Source: an uncultured Aquiluna sp. (lineage in GTDB: Bacteria > Actinomycetota > Actinomycetes > Actinomycetales > Microbacteriaceae). From it: a stretch of DNA of 64,000 nucleotides. Positions 1 through 10,583 of this stretch are shown here, piece by piece. The stretch is taken from positions 124,001 through 188,000 of the forward strand of contig CAJYLB010000001.1 of the NCBI GenBank assembly GCA_913775595.1, read 5' to 3'. Numbering within the stretch: position 1 is the first letter of the stretch; the number at the start of each line of letters is the position of its first letter. The notes under the pieces are model-generated. The model had not been told where the DNA came from. It searched no databases and was given only the letters and a program-made list of their open reading frames with translations. A program made the translations under genes and the position numbers.

Positions 1-1
1 T

Positions 2-1339
2 CAGCTTGACGCAGAGGTGATTCTCATTGAGGAGCGAGGCATTGGCGGTAATGCGGTCCTGACGGACGTGGTCCCCTCCAAAACCCTGATCGCGACAGCT
101 GAGGCAGCACAGCGAGTAGCCGTTGCCCAAAACCTTGGAATCGAGTTTTCGGTGGACGGTACGCGGGTGAGTCCCCACGTCGAAGTTGACCTCAAGACTT
201 TGAACCGCCGCCTACTTGAACTTGCCAAGGATCAAAGCCAGGACATGCGACAGGCATTGTTGGATGACGGCGTGAGAATCATTGATGGTCGTGGCTACCT
301 TGATGGCAACCATCACGTGATAGTCGAGCCAAGCTCGGGTGGGGCAAGTGAGCGTATTGAGGCGAAAACCATAATCGTTGCAGTTGGCGCTTCTCCCAGG
401 GAGCTGCCGGAGGCCAAAACCGATGGCGAGCGAATTCTCAACTGGAAGCAGCTCTACAACCTAGACGAACTCCCAGAGCACATGATTGTCGTCGGTTCTG
501 GCGTCACGGGAGCTGAATTTGCCTCCGCATATCTGCAGCTTGGGTCAAGGGTCACGCTGGTCTCGTCAAGAGAAAAGGTGCTACCGGGTAATGACCAGGA
601 TGCGGCTGAGCTAATCGAGAAAGTCTTCACCGATGGCGGCATGCAGCTGTTGCGCAACGCAAGAGCGAAGCGGGTAACCAACACTGGCAACGCGGTAGAA
701 GTCGAGCTTTCCGATGGGACAGTCCTGACAGGATCTCACTGTCTTATGGCGGTTGGTGCCACGCCAAACACAAGGGGTTTGAATTTAGAAGAGGCTGGCA
801 TCGTCCTAAACGAGTCAGGGCATGTTGTCGTGAACAAGGTTGCGAGGACCTCGAGGGCCAATGTCTATGCCATTGGAGACTGCTCTACTTCACTTCCTCT
901 GGCCTCAGTGTCGGCCATGATGGGGCGAACAGCCATCTATCACACCCTCGGCGACGTGGCTTCTCCAACAAGATTGCGCAATGTGGCATCCAACGTTTTC
1001 ACCTCTCCTGAGATTGCTCAGGTTGGTTGGTCGCAGAGCGAGATAGAGGAGGGGCTGGTACGTGGTGAGATTGCAACTATCGAACTCGACACAAATCCAC
1101 GATCCAAAATGCAAGGGCTAACAGAAGGCTTTATCAAACTGTTTGCATCGGTAGGAAGTGGAACGGTGATCGGCGGAGTCGTTGTCGCCCCTAGAGCCTC
1201 AGATCTGATTTACCCAATTGCCGTTGCCATCGAGAACAGGCTTACGGTGGACCAGCTCGCGCAAACCTACACGGTTTATCCATCGCTGTCGGGGTCTATT
1301 GCCGAGGCAGCAAGTGAGCTACACCCAGCTATTGACTAG
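2..1339 (+). CDS. lpdA: NAD(P)H-quinone dehydrogenase, LpdA-like flavoprotein disulfide reductase (5' truncated by window edge)
   Basis: Frame open from position 2; [13 protein letters not shown] (no redox CxxxxC), [11 protein letters not shown]-binding motif, C-terminal VYPSLS; typical position next to bccA. Confidence 0.85.
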   Translation, partial: QLDAEVILIEERGIGGNAVLTDVVPSKTLIATAEAAQRVAVAQNLGIEFSVDGTRVSPHVEVDLKTLNRRLLELAKDQSQDMRQALLDDGVRIIDGRGYLDGNHHVIVEPSSGGASERIEAKTIIVAVGASPRELPEAKTDGERILNWKQLYNLDELPEHMIVVGSGVTGAEFASAYLQLGSRVTLVSSREKVLPGNDQDAAELIEKVFTDGGMQLLRNARAKRVTNTGNAVEVELSDGTVLTGSHCLMAVGATPNTRGLNLEEAGIVLNESGHVVVNKVARTSRANVYAIGDCSTSLPLASVSAMMGRTAIYHTLGDVASPTRLRNVASNVFTSPEIAQVGWSQSEIEEGLVRGEIATIELDTNPRSKMQGLTEGFIKLFASVGSGTVIGGVVVAPRASDLIYPIAVAIENRLTVDQLAQTYTVYPSLSGSIAEAASELHPAID

Positions 1340-3102
1340 AGAATGTCGAGGATGCGGGTTCCGGCTGAAATTGTTGCTCCTGCCGCGACTCCAATATTGC
1401 TAATAGTTCCGGACTTATGAGCTACAAGAGGCTGCTCCATCTTCATAGCCTCCAGAACTACGACAAGATCTCCCTGCTCCACACTCTGGCCCTCCTCAGC
1501 GGCTAGCTTCACAACGGTCGCCTGCATTGGGGCGACCAATGAGTCACCCTTGGCACCGGTCCTCGAGGCAGTTTCCGTTCCTTTTTTGCGCTTGGGCGCG
1601 TGCCCAGCGGGTGAGCCAATCTCGCCCACGAGAAGGCGCTTTGGAACACTAACCTCGAGGCGCTTGCCAGAAACTTCGACGACTATTTCGCGCCTGGGCT
1701 CGGAGGCCAGCTCAGGCTCTGCCTGTCCTGACCATGGTTCGATTGGGTTCTCCCACTCGGTTTCGATCCACCTTGTGAAGACCTTGAAGCCATCTTCTGC
1801 GGTGAAGGCAGGGTGATCAACCATGAGCCTGTGGAAAGGCAACACGGTTGGAAGTCCGTTGACATGCATCTCTGCAAGTGCTCGGCGCGATCGCTCCAGC
1901 GCTTCCTCCCGAGAGCTGCCCGTGACTATGAGCTTTGCCATCATTGAGTCAAAGTTTCCCGAGACCCTGTCGCCCGATACCACTCCCGAGTCAACGCGAA
2001 CTCCTGGACCTGAGGGAGCAATGAATTGATGCACCGGTCCCGGCGATGGGAGGAAATTCTTGCCAGGATCTTCTCCATTGATTCTGAACTCAAAGGAGTG
2101 GCCTCGAATCTCAGGATCTTCGAAGCCGAGCTTCTCACCCTGGGCAATTCGAAATTGCTGGCGCACAAGATCAATTCCCGTGACCTCCTCAGAAACAGGG
2201 TGCTCCACCTGAAGCCTCGTGTTAACCTCGAGGAAAGAGATTGTGCCGTCTCCTGAAATCAGAAACTCGCAGGTTCCCGCGCCCACGTAGCCAACCTCCT
2301 TGAGGATTGCCTTTGAAGACTCATAGAGCTGGACCTCTTGCTCCTTGGTGAGAAATGGCGCCGGCGCTTCTTCGATGAGCTTTTGGTGACGGCGCTGCAG
2401 TGAGCAGTCCCTGGTCGAGACCACAACGACATTTCCATGGGCATCGGCAAGGCACTGGGTCTCAACGTGACGAGGCTTATCGAGGTATTTCTCGATAAAG
2501 CATTCCCCGCGTCCAAAGGCGGCCACAGCTTCACGAGTAGCGGATTCAAATGCCTCCACAATTTCGCCCTGTTCCCTAACAATCTTGATGCCGCGTCCAC
2601 CGCCACCGTAGGCCGCCTTGATGGCAACTGGGAGTCCAAACTCTTTGACAAAGGACTCAACTTCAGAGACATCCGACACAGGATTGATAGTTCCGGGAGC
2701 CAAGGGCGCCCCCACCTTCTGCGCTACCTTGCGCGCCGAGACCTTGTCTCCGAGCTGCTCAATTGCCTCGGGGCTGGGCCCGATCCAAATCAAACCCGCT
2801 GCCGTTACCGCCCTTGCAAATTCTGCGTTCTCGGAGAGAAACCCGTAGCCCGGGTGCACCGCATCGGCCCCGGATCGGCTCGCAACATTCAGAAGCTTTT
2901 CAATAACGAGGTAGGTCTCGGCTGCGGTCTCTCCAGAGAGCGCGTAAGCTTCGTCGGCAAGTTTGGCGTGTTGGCTATCTCTGTCTGAGTCGGCATAGAC
3001 CGCGACGGTCCGAATTCCACTGTCCTTGGCCGCTCTGATAACCCTTACTGCGATTTCGCCGCGGTTAGCGATGAGTACTTTGGTTATCTGCTTTTTGGCC
3101 AT
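1336..3102 (-). CDS. bccA: Acetyl/propionyl-CoA carboxylase alpha subunit (biotin carboxylase + biotin carrier domain)
   Basis: [28 protein letters not shown], biotinylation motif EAMKME; start set at ATG 3102 (MAKKQITK). Confidence 0.95.
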   Translation of the reverse strand: MAKKQITKVLIANRGEIAVRVIRAAKDSGIRTVAVYADSDRDSQHAKLADEAYALSGETAAETYLVIEKLLNVASRSGADAVHPGYGFLSENAEFARAVTAAGLIWIGPSPEAIEQLGDKVSARKVAQKVGAPLAPGTINPVSDVSEVESFVKEFGLPVAIKAAYGGGGRGIKIVREQGEIVEAFESATREAVAAFGRGECFIEKYLDKPRHVETQCLADAHGNVVVVSTRDCSLQRRHQKLIEEAPAPFLTKEQEVQLYESSKAILKEVGYVGAGTCEFLISGDGTISFLEVNTRLQVEHPVSEEVTGIDLVRQQFRIAQGEKLGFEDPEIRGHSFEFRINGEDPGKNFLPSPGPVHQFIAPSGPGVRVDSGVVSGDRVSGNFDSMMAKLIVTGSSREEALERSRRALAEMHVNGLPTVLPFHRLMVDHPAFTAEDGFKVFTRWIETEWENPIEPWSGQAEPELASEPRREIVVEVSGKRLEVSVPKRLLVGEIGSPAGHAPKRKKGTETASRTGAKGDSLVAPMQATVVKLAAEEGQSVEQGDLVVVLEAMKMEQPLVAHKSGTISNIGVAAGATISAGTRILDIL

Positions 3103-3176
3103 AATCGGATAGCTTATTGCCACTTTTCACAAGGGTTTTATGCCTAAAGCACAAAAAAATCTCGATTTTGTTGCGT

Positions 3177-3776
3177 TTATCTCCATAAGGAAGTGATGTT
3201 GTGACCCAACTCGGCAAGCATCCTTCTGAGCTCAACGAGGGAGAGTCCAACGACAGTGTGGTAATCACCTTCTATTCGCTCAATGAATGGGCCACCGCGA
3301 CCATCTATAGTGAAACTGCCTGCGACGTTCAGTGGCTCTCCACTTTCAACATAAGCCCCTATTTCTGCGTCCGTGAGATCGGCAAAGAACACCTTTGTCT
3401 TCGAGCAGACTGACCTTGATTCTCCCGACTCGGTATCGATGAGGTGGTGACCAGAGTGAAGAAAGCCCGATTTTCCCCGCATCTGCTTCCAGCGTTCTAT
3501 CGCAACCTCTGCAATGAGAGGCTTGCCTAGATTCTGACCATCAAATTCAAGCGCGCTGTCGCATCCTAAAACCAGTCGCGTGTTAGCTCGCGCCACGCCC
3601 GCGCGGGCCTTGTGAGTGGCAAGGAGGAGCGTCATGGCGCAGACTCCAGCTGGCTGCTCGGACGCAACGAGAGCCTCTTCATCAACTCCTGGGGCGAGGG
3701 TGACAAAGTCAATCCCGGCATCCTCAAGGAGTTTTTTCCTCCCGGAGGATGTAGAGGCGAGGGTGAGAAGAGTCAC
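3177..3776 (-). CDS. maf: Maf family nucleoside triphosphate pyrophosphatase
   Basis: LASTSSGRKKLL, LGCDS, GEPLNVAGSF, VVGLS motifs. Confidence 0.9.
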   Translation of the reverse strand: MTLLTLASTSSGRKKLLEDAGIDFVTLAPGVDEEALVASEQPAGVCAMTLLLATHKARAGVARANTRLVLGCDSALEFDGQNLGKPLIAEVAIERWKQMRGKSGFLHSGHHLIDTESGESRSVCSKTKVFFADLTDAEIGAYVESGEPLNVAGSFTIDGRGGPFIERIEGDYHTVVGLSLVELRRMLAELGHNITSLWR

Positions 3777-3807
3777 GGTTCAAGGCTAGCTGTGGAACAC
3801 TTAGCCG

Positions 3808-4965
3808 GTGACCAAAACTCTCCGAATCGAAAAGGCGGCCCACGGTGGCGTATTTGTTGCCCGCCCTGAGGGGAAGGTTGTCTTTGTTGAGGGAGCCTTG
3901 CCCGGAGAGCTAGTCGAGGCAGAAATCACCCAGGATGCAAAAAGTTTTCAACGGGCCAAGGTTGTAAACGTTCTAGAACCGAGTCAACAGCGCAGAGATC
4001 ATTTCTGGCCAGAGGCAGCCCTGGGGGCCGGGGGAGCAGACTTTGGGCACATCGAGCTTGGCCACCAGCGAGTCTTGAAGGCAGAGATTCTTGCCGAGTC
4101 CCTTGCGCGTCTGGCGGGCCTTGAACTTTCGCCGCAGGTGCTGGCGGTAGACGAGGGAGATGGCCTTGGCTATCGAACTCGAGTGCAACTGCACGTTGAT
4201 GCTGATGGTTTGGCAGGTGTGAAAGGCACAAGGTCGAACCAGATTGTCGCAGTCAAGGAATTGCCTTTGGCCAATTCCGAAATAAACGAGCTGGGCCTTC
4301 ACAAGAAAAGGTTTCCAGGGAAGAAGAAAATCCACATCGCTTCATCTCCCGATTCACTTCAGTGGTCAATCGATGGAGAAGTTGGAGGTTCAAAGGTAGT
4401 CACGGAGGTCGTTGGCGGTCGAGTTTTTGATCTGAGGCCTGGGGTCTTTTGGCAAGCCCACTCCTTGGCCCCAAAAGTTTTGCTCGAGGCCGTCCTCGAA
4501 CAACTTGGTGAACTAGATCAGCCGCAGTTGTTGGACCTCTACTCGGGAGCTGGGCTCTTTGCTGCCAACGTTGCGGCACGTTTCCCAGATACCAGCGTTC
4601 ACGCCGTCGAGCTCTCCGAGGCTGCGGTGCAGTCGGGCAAGAATTTTGCCAGGGGAATGGGAAACCTAAGCTTTCAGAAGTCGGATGTGCTGGCCTATCT
4701 CCGCTCGAGGCAGGAAGAAATCTCAACCGTGATCCTCGACCCACCTCGATCGGGTGCGGCAACTAAAGTCATTAATGAGCTCATCCGTCTCAAGGCTGGA
4801 CGCATTCTTTATGTGGCATGCGACCCTGTTTCCTTGGCCCGAGACATTGGTTTGCTTTGCAATGCTGGCTACGAGCTAGATTGGCTCCAGGGCTATGACA
4901 TTTTTCCCCATACCCACCACTTCGAAACATTGGCGTCACTGAGGCTAAGTAGTCTAAGAACATGA
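3808..4965 (+). CDS. TRAM-domain RNA (uracil-5)-methyltransferase, RlmD/TrmA family
   Basis: N-terminal TRAM (VFVEGALPGE), FWQ, LDLYSGAG, DPPRSG, YVACDP, DIFPHTHHFE. Confidence 0.9.
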   Translation: MTKTLRIEKAAHGGVFVARPEGKVVFVEGALPGELVEAEITQDAKSFQRAKVVNVLEPSQQRRDHFWPEAALGAGGADFGHIELGHQRVLKAEILAESLARLAGLELSPQVLAVDEGDGLGYRTRVQLHVDADGLAGVKGTRSNQIVAVKELPLANSEINELGLHKKRFPGKKKIHIASSPDSLQWSIDGEVGGSKVVTEVVGGRVFDLRPGVFWQAHSLAPKVLLEAVLEQLGELDQPQLLDLYSGAGLFAANVAARFPDTSVHAVELSEAAVQSGKNFARGMGNLSFQKSDVLAYLRSRQEEISTVILDPPRSGAATKVINELIRLKAGRILYVACDPVSLARDIGLLCNAGYELDWLQGYDIFPHTHHFETLASLRLSSLRT

Positions 4966-5603
4966 GCGTGCAGGTTGCGATAGTCGACGACCACGAGGCG
5001 GTTCGTCTGGGTTTCGCCGCCGCGTGCGAAAAAAATGACTTTGAATTGGTTACCTCTGCTCCAACCGTAAGTGACTTACTTGATCAAATCGGAGACCGAG
5101 AATGCCAAGTAGTTGTAACTGATCTCAGTCTTGCCGATGGCTCCTTAGTTGCGGAGAACGTAGAGCGAATTATTGCCATCGGAGCCGCAGTCCTTATTTT
5201 TTCTATTGCGGACAAGCCAAATCTCATGAGGGCAGCGGTCAGGGCCGGCGCAACCGCAATTGTCCCAAAGTCACAGCCAGTCGAAGAGTTGATTGAGGCA
5301 ATCCGGCTTGCAGCCGATGGGGCAATCCTGAACAATGCGGAGACAAGCGCAACCATAGATGCCGACAAGATTTTCAAAGATGCCAACCTCTCTGATCGTG
5401 AAGTGGAAGTTCTATCGCTGTATGCATCGGGCATGAGCTTGAAGCAGGTTGCCTACCAACTTCAAATAAAGCCAAGCTCTGCCAAGGAGCACATAGATCG
5501 AGTGCGAGTGAAATATGCCCGTCTCGGGCGGGAGGCCGCCACAAAAGTAGATCTTTTTAAGAGAGCCCTCGAGGACGGCATTATCTCTGGGGATTTGTTG
5601 TAG
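4962..5603 (+). CDS. NarL/LuxR-family response regulator
   Basis: IVDDH and TDLSL receiver motifs; C-terminal LSDREVEVL HTH. Confidence 0.9.
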   Translation: MSVQVAIVDDHEAVRLGFAAACEKNDFELVTSAPTVSDLLDQIGDRECQVVVTDLSLADGSLVAENVERIIAIGAAVLIFSIADKPNLMRAAVRAGATAIVPKSQPVEELIEAIRLAADGAILNNAETSATIDADKIFKDANLSDREVEVLSLYASGMSLKQVAYQLQIKPSSAKEHIDRVRVKYARLGREAATKVDLFKRALEDGIISGDLL

Positions 5604-6769
5604 TGAAACCCCTGGCATCCATAGCTAGTAACCGACTGGAGACATGGATACGCCGCATCTCATCAGCAGCGCTTCTAATCTCTGGACTAGAGGTGATCGC
5701 AAACGCAAACAGCCAGTCTGCTTACGCAACCGAGGTTGGCCAGCTGGCTCTGGTCCTTGTCTTAGTCAGTGCAGCTTGCTTTCTCGTGGCGGCAGTCCTG
5801 GCGGACCGTTCCAGACCCTGGGGACTTATCCATGGCCTATCGGTTTTGGCAGTGGTTTGGGCTGTGCCTCTCACTCACGCTCCTGGCTTTTCGGCCAGCG
5901 AGTTCGAGCGGCCCTGGGTCTGGTGGTCGGTGGGCATGGCGATGGTGCTGGTGGCCACAACTCATTCCCGCAGTGTGTGGGCCTGGTTTCTTCCGTTGGC
6001 TTCGGGGAGTTGGGTTTGGGCGATGCTTCAGCCCACCGTTTCCGCTAGCCCGCTAGACGCCTGGCTAGATGGCTCCTATCTGCTGGTCTTTACATTGGCA
6101 CTAGTAGGGCTTGTGACGCTCGTTAGGTCGGGAGCAGCCGAGGTAGATGTGGCAAACTCCGATGCCATAAAAAGCGCTTTGGCCCAGGCAAGAACTGATG
6201 CAGTTGAGAGGGAGCGCCAACGGCTTGATGCGCTAGTTCATGATCAGGTACTACACACGCTGATTCTTGTCGCACGAGCAGACTCTGAGGCTGACAGGGT
6301 TGCCGCGGCCGAGAGCGCGGATGCAGCAATCAAGTCGCTCATGCAAGTGCAAGAAGGCGTTGATAAAGAAGCGGAGGTTTCTTCGCTCGGTCTCTTTAGG
6401 GCAATAGAGCGAGCAGCGGAGAAGCTTGACAAGCGCATAGTCACAAAGAGTTATGGGGCAAGCTCGTCGCCTATCCTCCCAGCTGTTGCCCAAGCGTTGA
6501 CCGAGGCATGCTTGCAAGCTGTGGACAATGCGATTCAGCATTCAAATGCGACTGAAATTGCGCTGTCCCTGCAGGGTCTGCCGGGAGGTGCGCTCCAATT
6601 CTCAGTTAAGGACAACGGATCAGGTTTCCGTGAAGAGAGGGTGCCCAGAAGCAGGATTGGTATCAGCACCTCGATCCGGGCAAGAGTCGAATCCGTCGAG
6701 GGGGATGTGAAAATCAATTCAACCCCGGGGGCAGGCACCGAAGTGGTTATGAGGTGGCCACGTGATTAG
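5603..6769 (+). CDS. Membrane sensor histidine kinase (HisKA_3-like)
   Basis: About 5 TM segments; H-box ERQRLDALVHDQV; NAIQHS, DNGSGF, PGAGT ATPase boxes. Confidence 0.85.
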   Translation: MKPLASIASNRLETWIRRISSAALLISGLEVIANANSQSAYATEVGQLALVLVLVSAACFLVAAVLADRSRPWGLIHGLSVLAVVWAVPLTHAPGFSASEFERPWVWWSVGMAMVLVATTHSRSVWAWFLPLASGSWVWAMLQPTVSASPLDAWLDGSYLLVFTLALVGLVTLVRSGAAEVDVANSDAIKSALAQARTDAVERERQRLDALVHDQVLHTLILVARADSEADRVAAAESADAAIKSLMQVQEGVDKEAEVSSLGLFRAIERAAEKLDKRIVTKSYGASSSPILPAVAQALTEACLQAVDNAIQHSNATEIALSLQGLPGGALQFSVKDNGSGFREERVPRSRIGISTSIRARVESVEGDVKINSTPGAGTEVVMRWPRD

Positions 6770-7727
6770 CGTCTCTCGACTACTGCTAAGTGCTGTAGCA
6801 ATTCTCTTCGGGCTTTACCACCCACTCTTGGGGTATTTGTACCTGGATCAATATGCTGTGCCTGGCCTAGCAGTAGCCGGCATTGCTTTGTACCTGCTCA
6901 CTCTGCTGCTTGTTACCTTGAACAACCCCGGCCTGAAGATGCGACCTTCCAGCGCAGTCGTTGCTTTTGTCGCAATCATCGTCCTACCCCAAATGATCTT
7001 CTCGGCCCTGGGTGATGTTCGTCAAGAGAGCTACACGACTTGGCACATCGCTGCCATCGGAACCGTGCTTGCCATCATGACGGTTCGTCAGTTTGAGCTG
7101 TTGGCCTGGTTTGGCTTTGTCATCGTTACTTTTCAGGTGCTGCTGTGGGGTGGCGTGGAAGTTATTTTCAATTCGGGTTTGGTTGGAGCCTTTCTCTTGG
7201 TTGCAACAGCCCAAACAGCCTCATTTGTGCTTGCAACTAGTGGGCGCGAGGCTGCCGAGTTCAGGAGTAGGGCACTTGAAATCGACACTGCCACCGCCGC
7301 CTCGACAGCCGCTAGGGCCGAGCGCACGACGCGAGTCAAGGAAACCCTAAAGCAGGCTCTGCCCTTGCTTGAAAAGATTCGAGCATCACAGGGGGAGCTG
7401 TCCGACGATGATAAGTCTCTGGCACGACTCACAGAGGCTGAGCTTCGAGATCAAATTAGAGGACGAAACCTAGTCTCACGGGAGGTCGTGGCCGCAACTC
7501 GCAGTGCGAGAGCGAGCGGAGTAGAGGTGCAGTTGTTGGATGATGGCGGTTTGGACGATCTATCCATTGAAGATCGGGAGAAGTACTACGCGGAAATAGT
7601 TCGGGCGCTCAAGAAAGTGAAGCTTGGAAAAATCGTAATTCGAGCTGCCAGGGGTGAAACCTGGAGGGTTAGCATGGCTGCGATCAGAAAAGACTCTGAC
7701 AGCCCGGATTTATTCATAAGAATCTAG
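6762..7727 (+). CDS. Membrane protein resembling a degenerate sensor kinase (no H-box His)
   Basis: Several TM segments, then a coiled region (ERTTRV) and short alpha/beta domain (LRDQIRGR, LLDDGG) lacking kinase boxes; overlaps upstream kinase. Confidence 0.7.
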   Translation: MISVSRLLLSAVAILFGLYHPLLGYLYLDQYAVPGLAVAGIALYLLTLLLVTLNNPGLKMRPSSAVVAFVAIIVLPQMIFSALGDVRQESYTTWHIAAIGTVLAIMTVRQFELLAWFGFVIVTFQVLLWGGVEVIFNSGLVGAFLLVATAQTASFVLATSGREAAEFRSRALEIDTATAASTAARAERTTRVKETLKQALPLLEKIRASQGELSDDDKSLARLTEAELRDQIRGRNLVSREVVAATRSARASGVEVQLLDDGGLDDLSIEDREKYYAEIVRALKKVKLGKIVIRAARGETWRVSMAAIRKDSDSPDLFIRI

Positions 7728-7754
7728 CGCGCGAAAAGTGCCCGTGAAATGCGT

Positions 7755-7832
7755 AATGGGGCGACTGAAGTCGCCCCATTTACCCCCGCACTCGGTGCGG
7801 AACCTCCGGTCCCTTTTACCGTTTTAGGTTCT
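7755..7832. ncRNA. Candidate structured small RNA or complex terminator
   Basis: Three adjacent stems: AATGGGGCGAC/GTCGCCCCATT (7755-7780), CCGCAC/GTGCGG (7786-7800), GAACCT..CGGT-CCCCTTT-ACCG..AGGTTC (7800-7831). Confidence 0.45.
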
Positions 7833-7910
7833 TGGCTCAAGGTAACCACCCTCTGGGATGCGGAGCCATGCTTTTCTAAAAGTTTGGCATCACCTTTTTG
7901 GGGGACAGGG

Positions 7911-8129
7911 CTATCGAAGTTTTCGGCCCCAAGTGGTGTCGAGGGTCTTACGAAGCAGTCCAGAGTCCTTATGCCAGGCGCTATTGGGGGAGCCAAGGGC
8001 CACCCTTCCAAGCTTTCTGGATTCGATTATGGCGGCCTCGACCACGGCCAGAGCCGCAGCTTGCTCCTCGGGGTCTCCGCCTGAAACCTTGATTAATTGT
8101 TGAATTTCTGCGGGGCTGTATTGCTTCAT
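7911..8129 (-). CDS. accE: Acyl-CoA carboxylase epsilon subunit
   Basis: Small ORF coupled to accD stop; IKVSGGDPEEQAAALAVV..SAW pattern. Confidence 0.7.
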   Translation of the reverse strand: MKQYSPAEIQQLIKVSGGDPEEQAAALAVVEAAIIESRKLGRVALGSPNSAWHKDSGLLRKTLDTTWGRKLR

Positions 8130-9715
8130 TAGAGAGGGATGTTTCCGTGCTTCTTTGGCGGTAGCGATGCCCGCTTGGTCTTTAGAGCACGCAGCGAACG
8201 AATAATTGCTCCTCTGGTTCCCGCTGGCTCGATGATCCCATCAAGCTCTCCGCGTTCGGCTGCCAGGAAAGGGCTTGCAACGTTGTAGGTGTACTCCTGG
8301 GCCAGTTCTTCGCGGACTTTGGCAATATCCATGCCGGCAGCCTCGGCCTCTTTAATCTTGTCGCGGAAGAGAATATTTACCGCTCCCTGGCCGCCCATAA
8401 CCGCAATCTCTGCGGTTGGCCAGGCGAGATTGATGTCTGCTCCAAGCTGCTTGGATCCCATGACGATGTAGGCGCCACCGTAGGCCTTGCGAGTGATCAC
8501 GGTGATAAGGGGAACCGTCGCCTCCGCATATGCATACAGGAGCTTTGCACCCCTTCGAATCACACCAGCCCACTCCTGGTCTGTGCCCGGCAAATAACCG
8601 GGGACATCTACGAAGGTCAAGATTGGAATTGAAAACGAATCGCAGAACCTAACAAACCTGGCCGCCTTTTCGCCTGCGTCAATGTTCAAAGTGCCGGCCA
8701 TCTGAAGCGGCTGGTTGGCAACAATGCCGACCGAGTTTCCATCAACACGGGCAAATCCCACCACGATGTTTGGCGCATAGAGCGGCTGAATCTCGAGAAA
8801 CTCACCCTCGTCAACAACCGCTTTGATGACGGTTTGCATGTCATAGGGCTGGTTTGGAGAGTCTGGAATCAAGGTGTTCAGCGCCTGATCCTCATCGGTG
8901 ATCTCAACCTCTGCCTCAGACTGGTAAGTGATTGATTCCGAGAGGTTGTTCTCAGGCAAAAAGCCCACCAGAGACTGCACGTAGTCAATGGCATCTTCTT
9001 CATCGCTCGCGAGGTAGTGGGCAACACCGCTGGTCTCGTTATGGGCGCGAGCTCCACCGAGCTCCTCCATTCCAACGTCCTCACCGGTCACCGTCTTGAT
9101 AACGTCGGGTCCAGTCACAAACATGTTGGAGGTCTTGTCCACCATGATCACGAAGTCCGTCAGGGCTGGAGAGTAGACAGCGCCTCCGGCTGCTGGCCCC
9201 ATGATTATTGAGATTTGGGGGATAACTCCAGAAGCGTGGGTGTTGAGCCGGAAAATCTCGCCGTATTTTCCAAGTGCGATAACGCCCTCCTGGATTCTTG
9301 CACCACCGGAGTCAAGCATCCCAATTATTGGCACGCCTGACTTGATTGCGAGCTCCATGATCTTGATGATCTTGTTTCCTGCTGCCTCGCCGAGTGAGCC
9401 GCCAAAGATCGTGAAATCCTGGGAGTAGACGGCAACCTGTCGACCATGAATCGTTCCAAACCCAGTCACCACTGAATCACCGTATGGACGCTTTGCATCC
9501 ATGCCAAAGGAGTTGGCGCGGTGGCGAACAAACTCGTCCACTTCGACAAACGAGCCGTCATCCAAAAGCATTTCAATGCGCTCTCTCGCCGTCTTCTTAC
9601 CCTTGGCATGCTGCTTTGCGGTAGCGGCTTCGCCGGCGGCGTGGACAGCCTCGTGATAGCGCTTTTTGAGGTCGGCTATCTTGCCGGCGGTGGTGCTCAG
9701 ATCTGGCTCGCTCAA
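8129..9715 (-). CDS. accD: Acyl-CoA carboxylase beta (carboxyltransferase) subunit, AccD5/PccB-like
   Basis: [33 protein letters not shown] start at 9715 preceded by AGGAG RBS. Confidence 0.95.
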   Translation of the reverse strand: MSEPDLSTTAGKIADLKKRYHEAVHAAGEAATAKQHAKGKKTARERIEMLLDDGSFVEVDEFVRHRANSFGMDAKRPYGDSVVTGFGTIHGRQVAVYSQDFTIFGGSLGEAAGNKIIKIMELAIKSGVPIIGMLDSGGARIQEGVIALGKYGEIFRLNTHASGVIPQISIIMGPAAGGAVYSPALTDFVIMVDKTSNMFVTGPDVIKTVTGEDVGMEELGGARAHNETSGVAHYLASDEEDAIDYVQSLVGFLPENNLSESITYQSEAEVEITDEDQALNTLIPDSPNQPYDMQTVIKAVVDEGEFLEIQPLYAPNIVVGFARVDGNSVGIVANQPLQMAGTLNIDAGEKAARFVRFCDSFSIPILTFVDVPGYLPGTDQEWAGVIRRGAKLLYAYAEATVPLITVITRKAYGGAYIVMGSKQLGADINLAWPTAEIAVMGGQGAVNILFRDKIKEAEAAGMDIAKVREELAQEYTYNVASPFLAAERGELDGIIEPAGTRGAIIRSLRALKTKRASLPPKKHGNIPL

Positions 9716-9840
9716 ATTGCTCCTAACTAGCTCTCCTACTTTATTGGTGAATTTTGGCCAGTTCTTGCATGTAATCAACAAAGAGATTTGGTTTTCGTCT
9801 TGGGAACCTACAATTTTTTGCCTTGGGATATCCTTAGCCT

Positions 9841-10569
9841 GTGAACTTAGAAAAGTCGCTTGCGGTCGATCCCGAACTTGAGTATCTGGAAACAATCGAC
9901 TCAACGAACCTCGAGCTCGCTAGGCGTTTAGAGGGCTCACTTCTGCCTGATGGGTACGCGATTGCGGCCGCCGCTCAAACCGCCGGCAGGGGCAGGCTTG
10001 ACCGGTCTTGGGTTTCGGAGCCGGGAACCTCTATCTCCCTGTCGATGTTCTTGAAACCGGCCGCTGGGATGGAGCAGGGGCTGATTCCACTTTTCTTCGG
10101 AAGCCGTGTTGCCATGGCTGTTGCATCAATCACGGGTCAGACAGCTGCTGTTAAGTGGCCAAATGATGTCTTGGTCGATGGAAGAAAGATTTCTGGTGTG
10201 CTGGCGGAGCTCGGCTCGCAAGGTGTGGTTGTTGGGGTCGGCATCAACGTCGAGAGACAACTAGGGGCCCCGGAAACCTCTTGTGCTGTTAGTGAGTTTG
10301 TAAGCAGTAGCTTCGATGAGACTCTCTCGGCCGTCTTAGGTGCTCTGCGAACAGGCTGGAAGAGCTGGCGAGAACTGGGCAACGGATTTGCTCTCTCAGA
10401 AATACGTGCCAGCTCGCTGACAGTTGGCAAAGAGGTAAAAGCCATACTCCCATCGGGAGAAGTGCTCGAGGGTAAGGCGCATGCAATTGAAGATGATGGG
10501 AGATTGCTTATTGTTGGAGAGCAATCTCACCTATTGAGTGCCGCTGATGTTTGGCATCTGAGAAACTAG
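9841..10569 (+). CDS. birA: Biotin-protein ligase (no N-terminal HTH)
   Basis: DSTN, QTAGRGR, KWPNDV, KISGVL, GVGIN. Confidence 0.92.
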   Translation: MNLEKSLAVDPELEYLETIDSTNLELARRLEGSLLPDGYAIAAAAQTAGRGRLDRSWVSEPGTSISLSMFLKPAAGMEQGLIPLFFGSRVAMAVASITGQTAAVKWPNDVLVDGRKISGVLAELGSQGVVVGVGINVERQLGAPETSCAVSEFVSSSFDETLSAVLGALRTGWKSWRELGNGFALSEIRASSLTVGKEVKAILPSGEVLEGKAHAIEDDGRLLIVGEQSHLLSAADVWHLRN

Positions 10570-10583
10570 CCTTCGGAGGTCAA

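Noticed and set aside
7724..8103. ORF-track frames 7724-8011, 7749-8084, 7858-8103 and 7898-8092
   Set aside because: They overlap accE and the hairpin region, with no recognisable motifs or RBS
9716..9904. N-terminal extension of accD in the ORF track
   Set aside because: Overlaps birA; the RBS and conserved N-terminus support TTG at 9715
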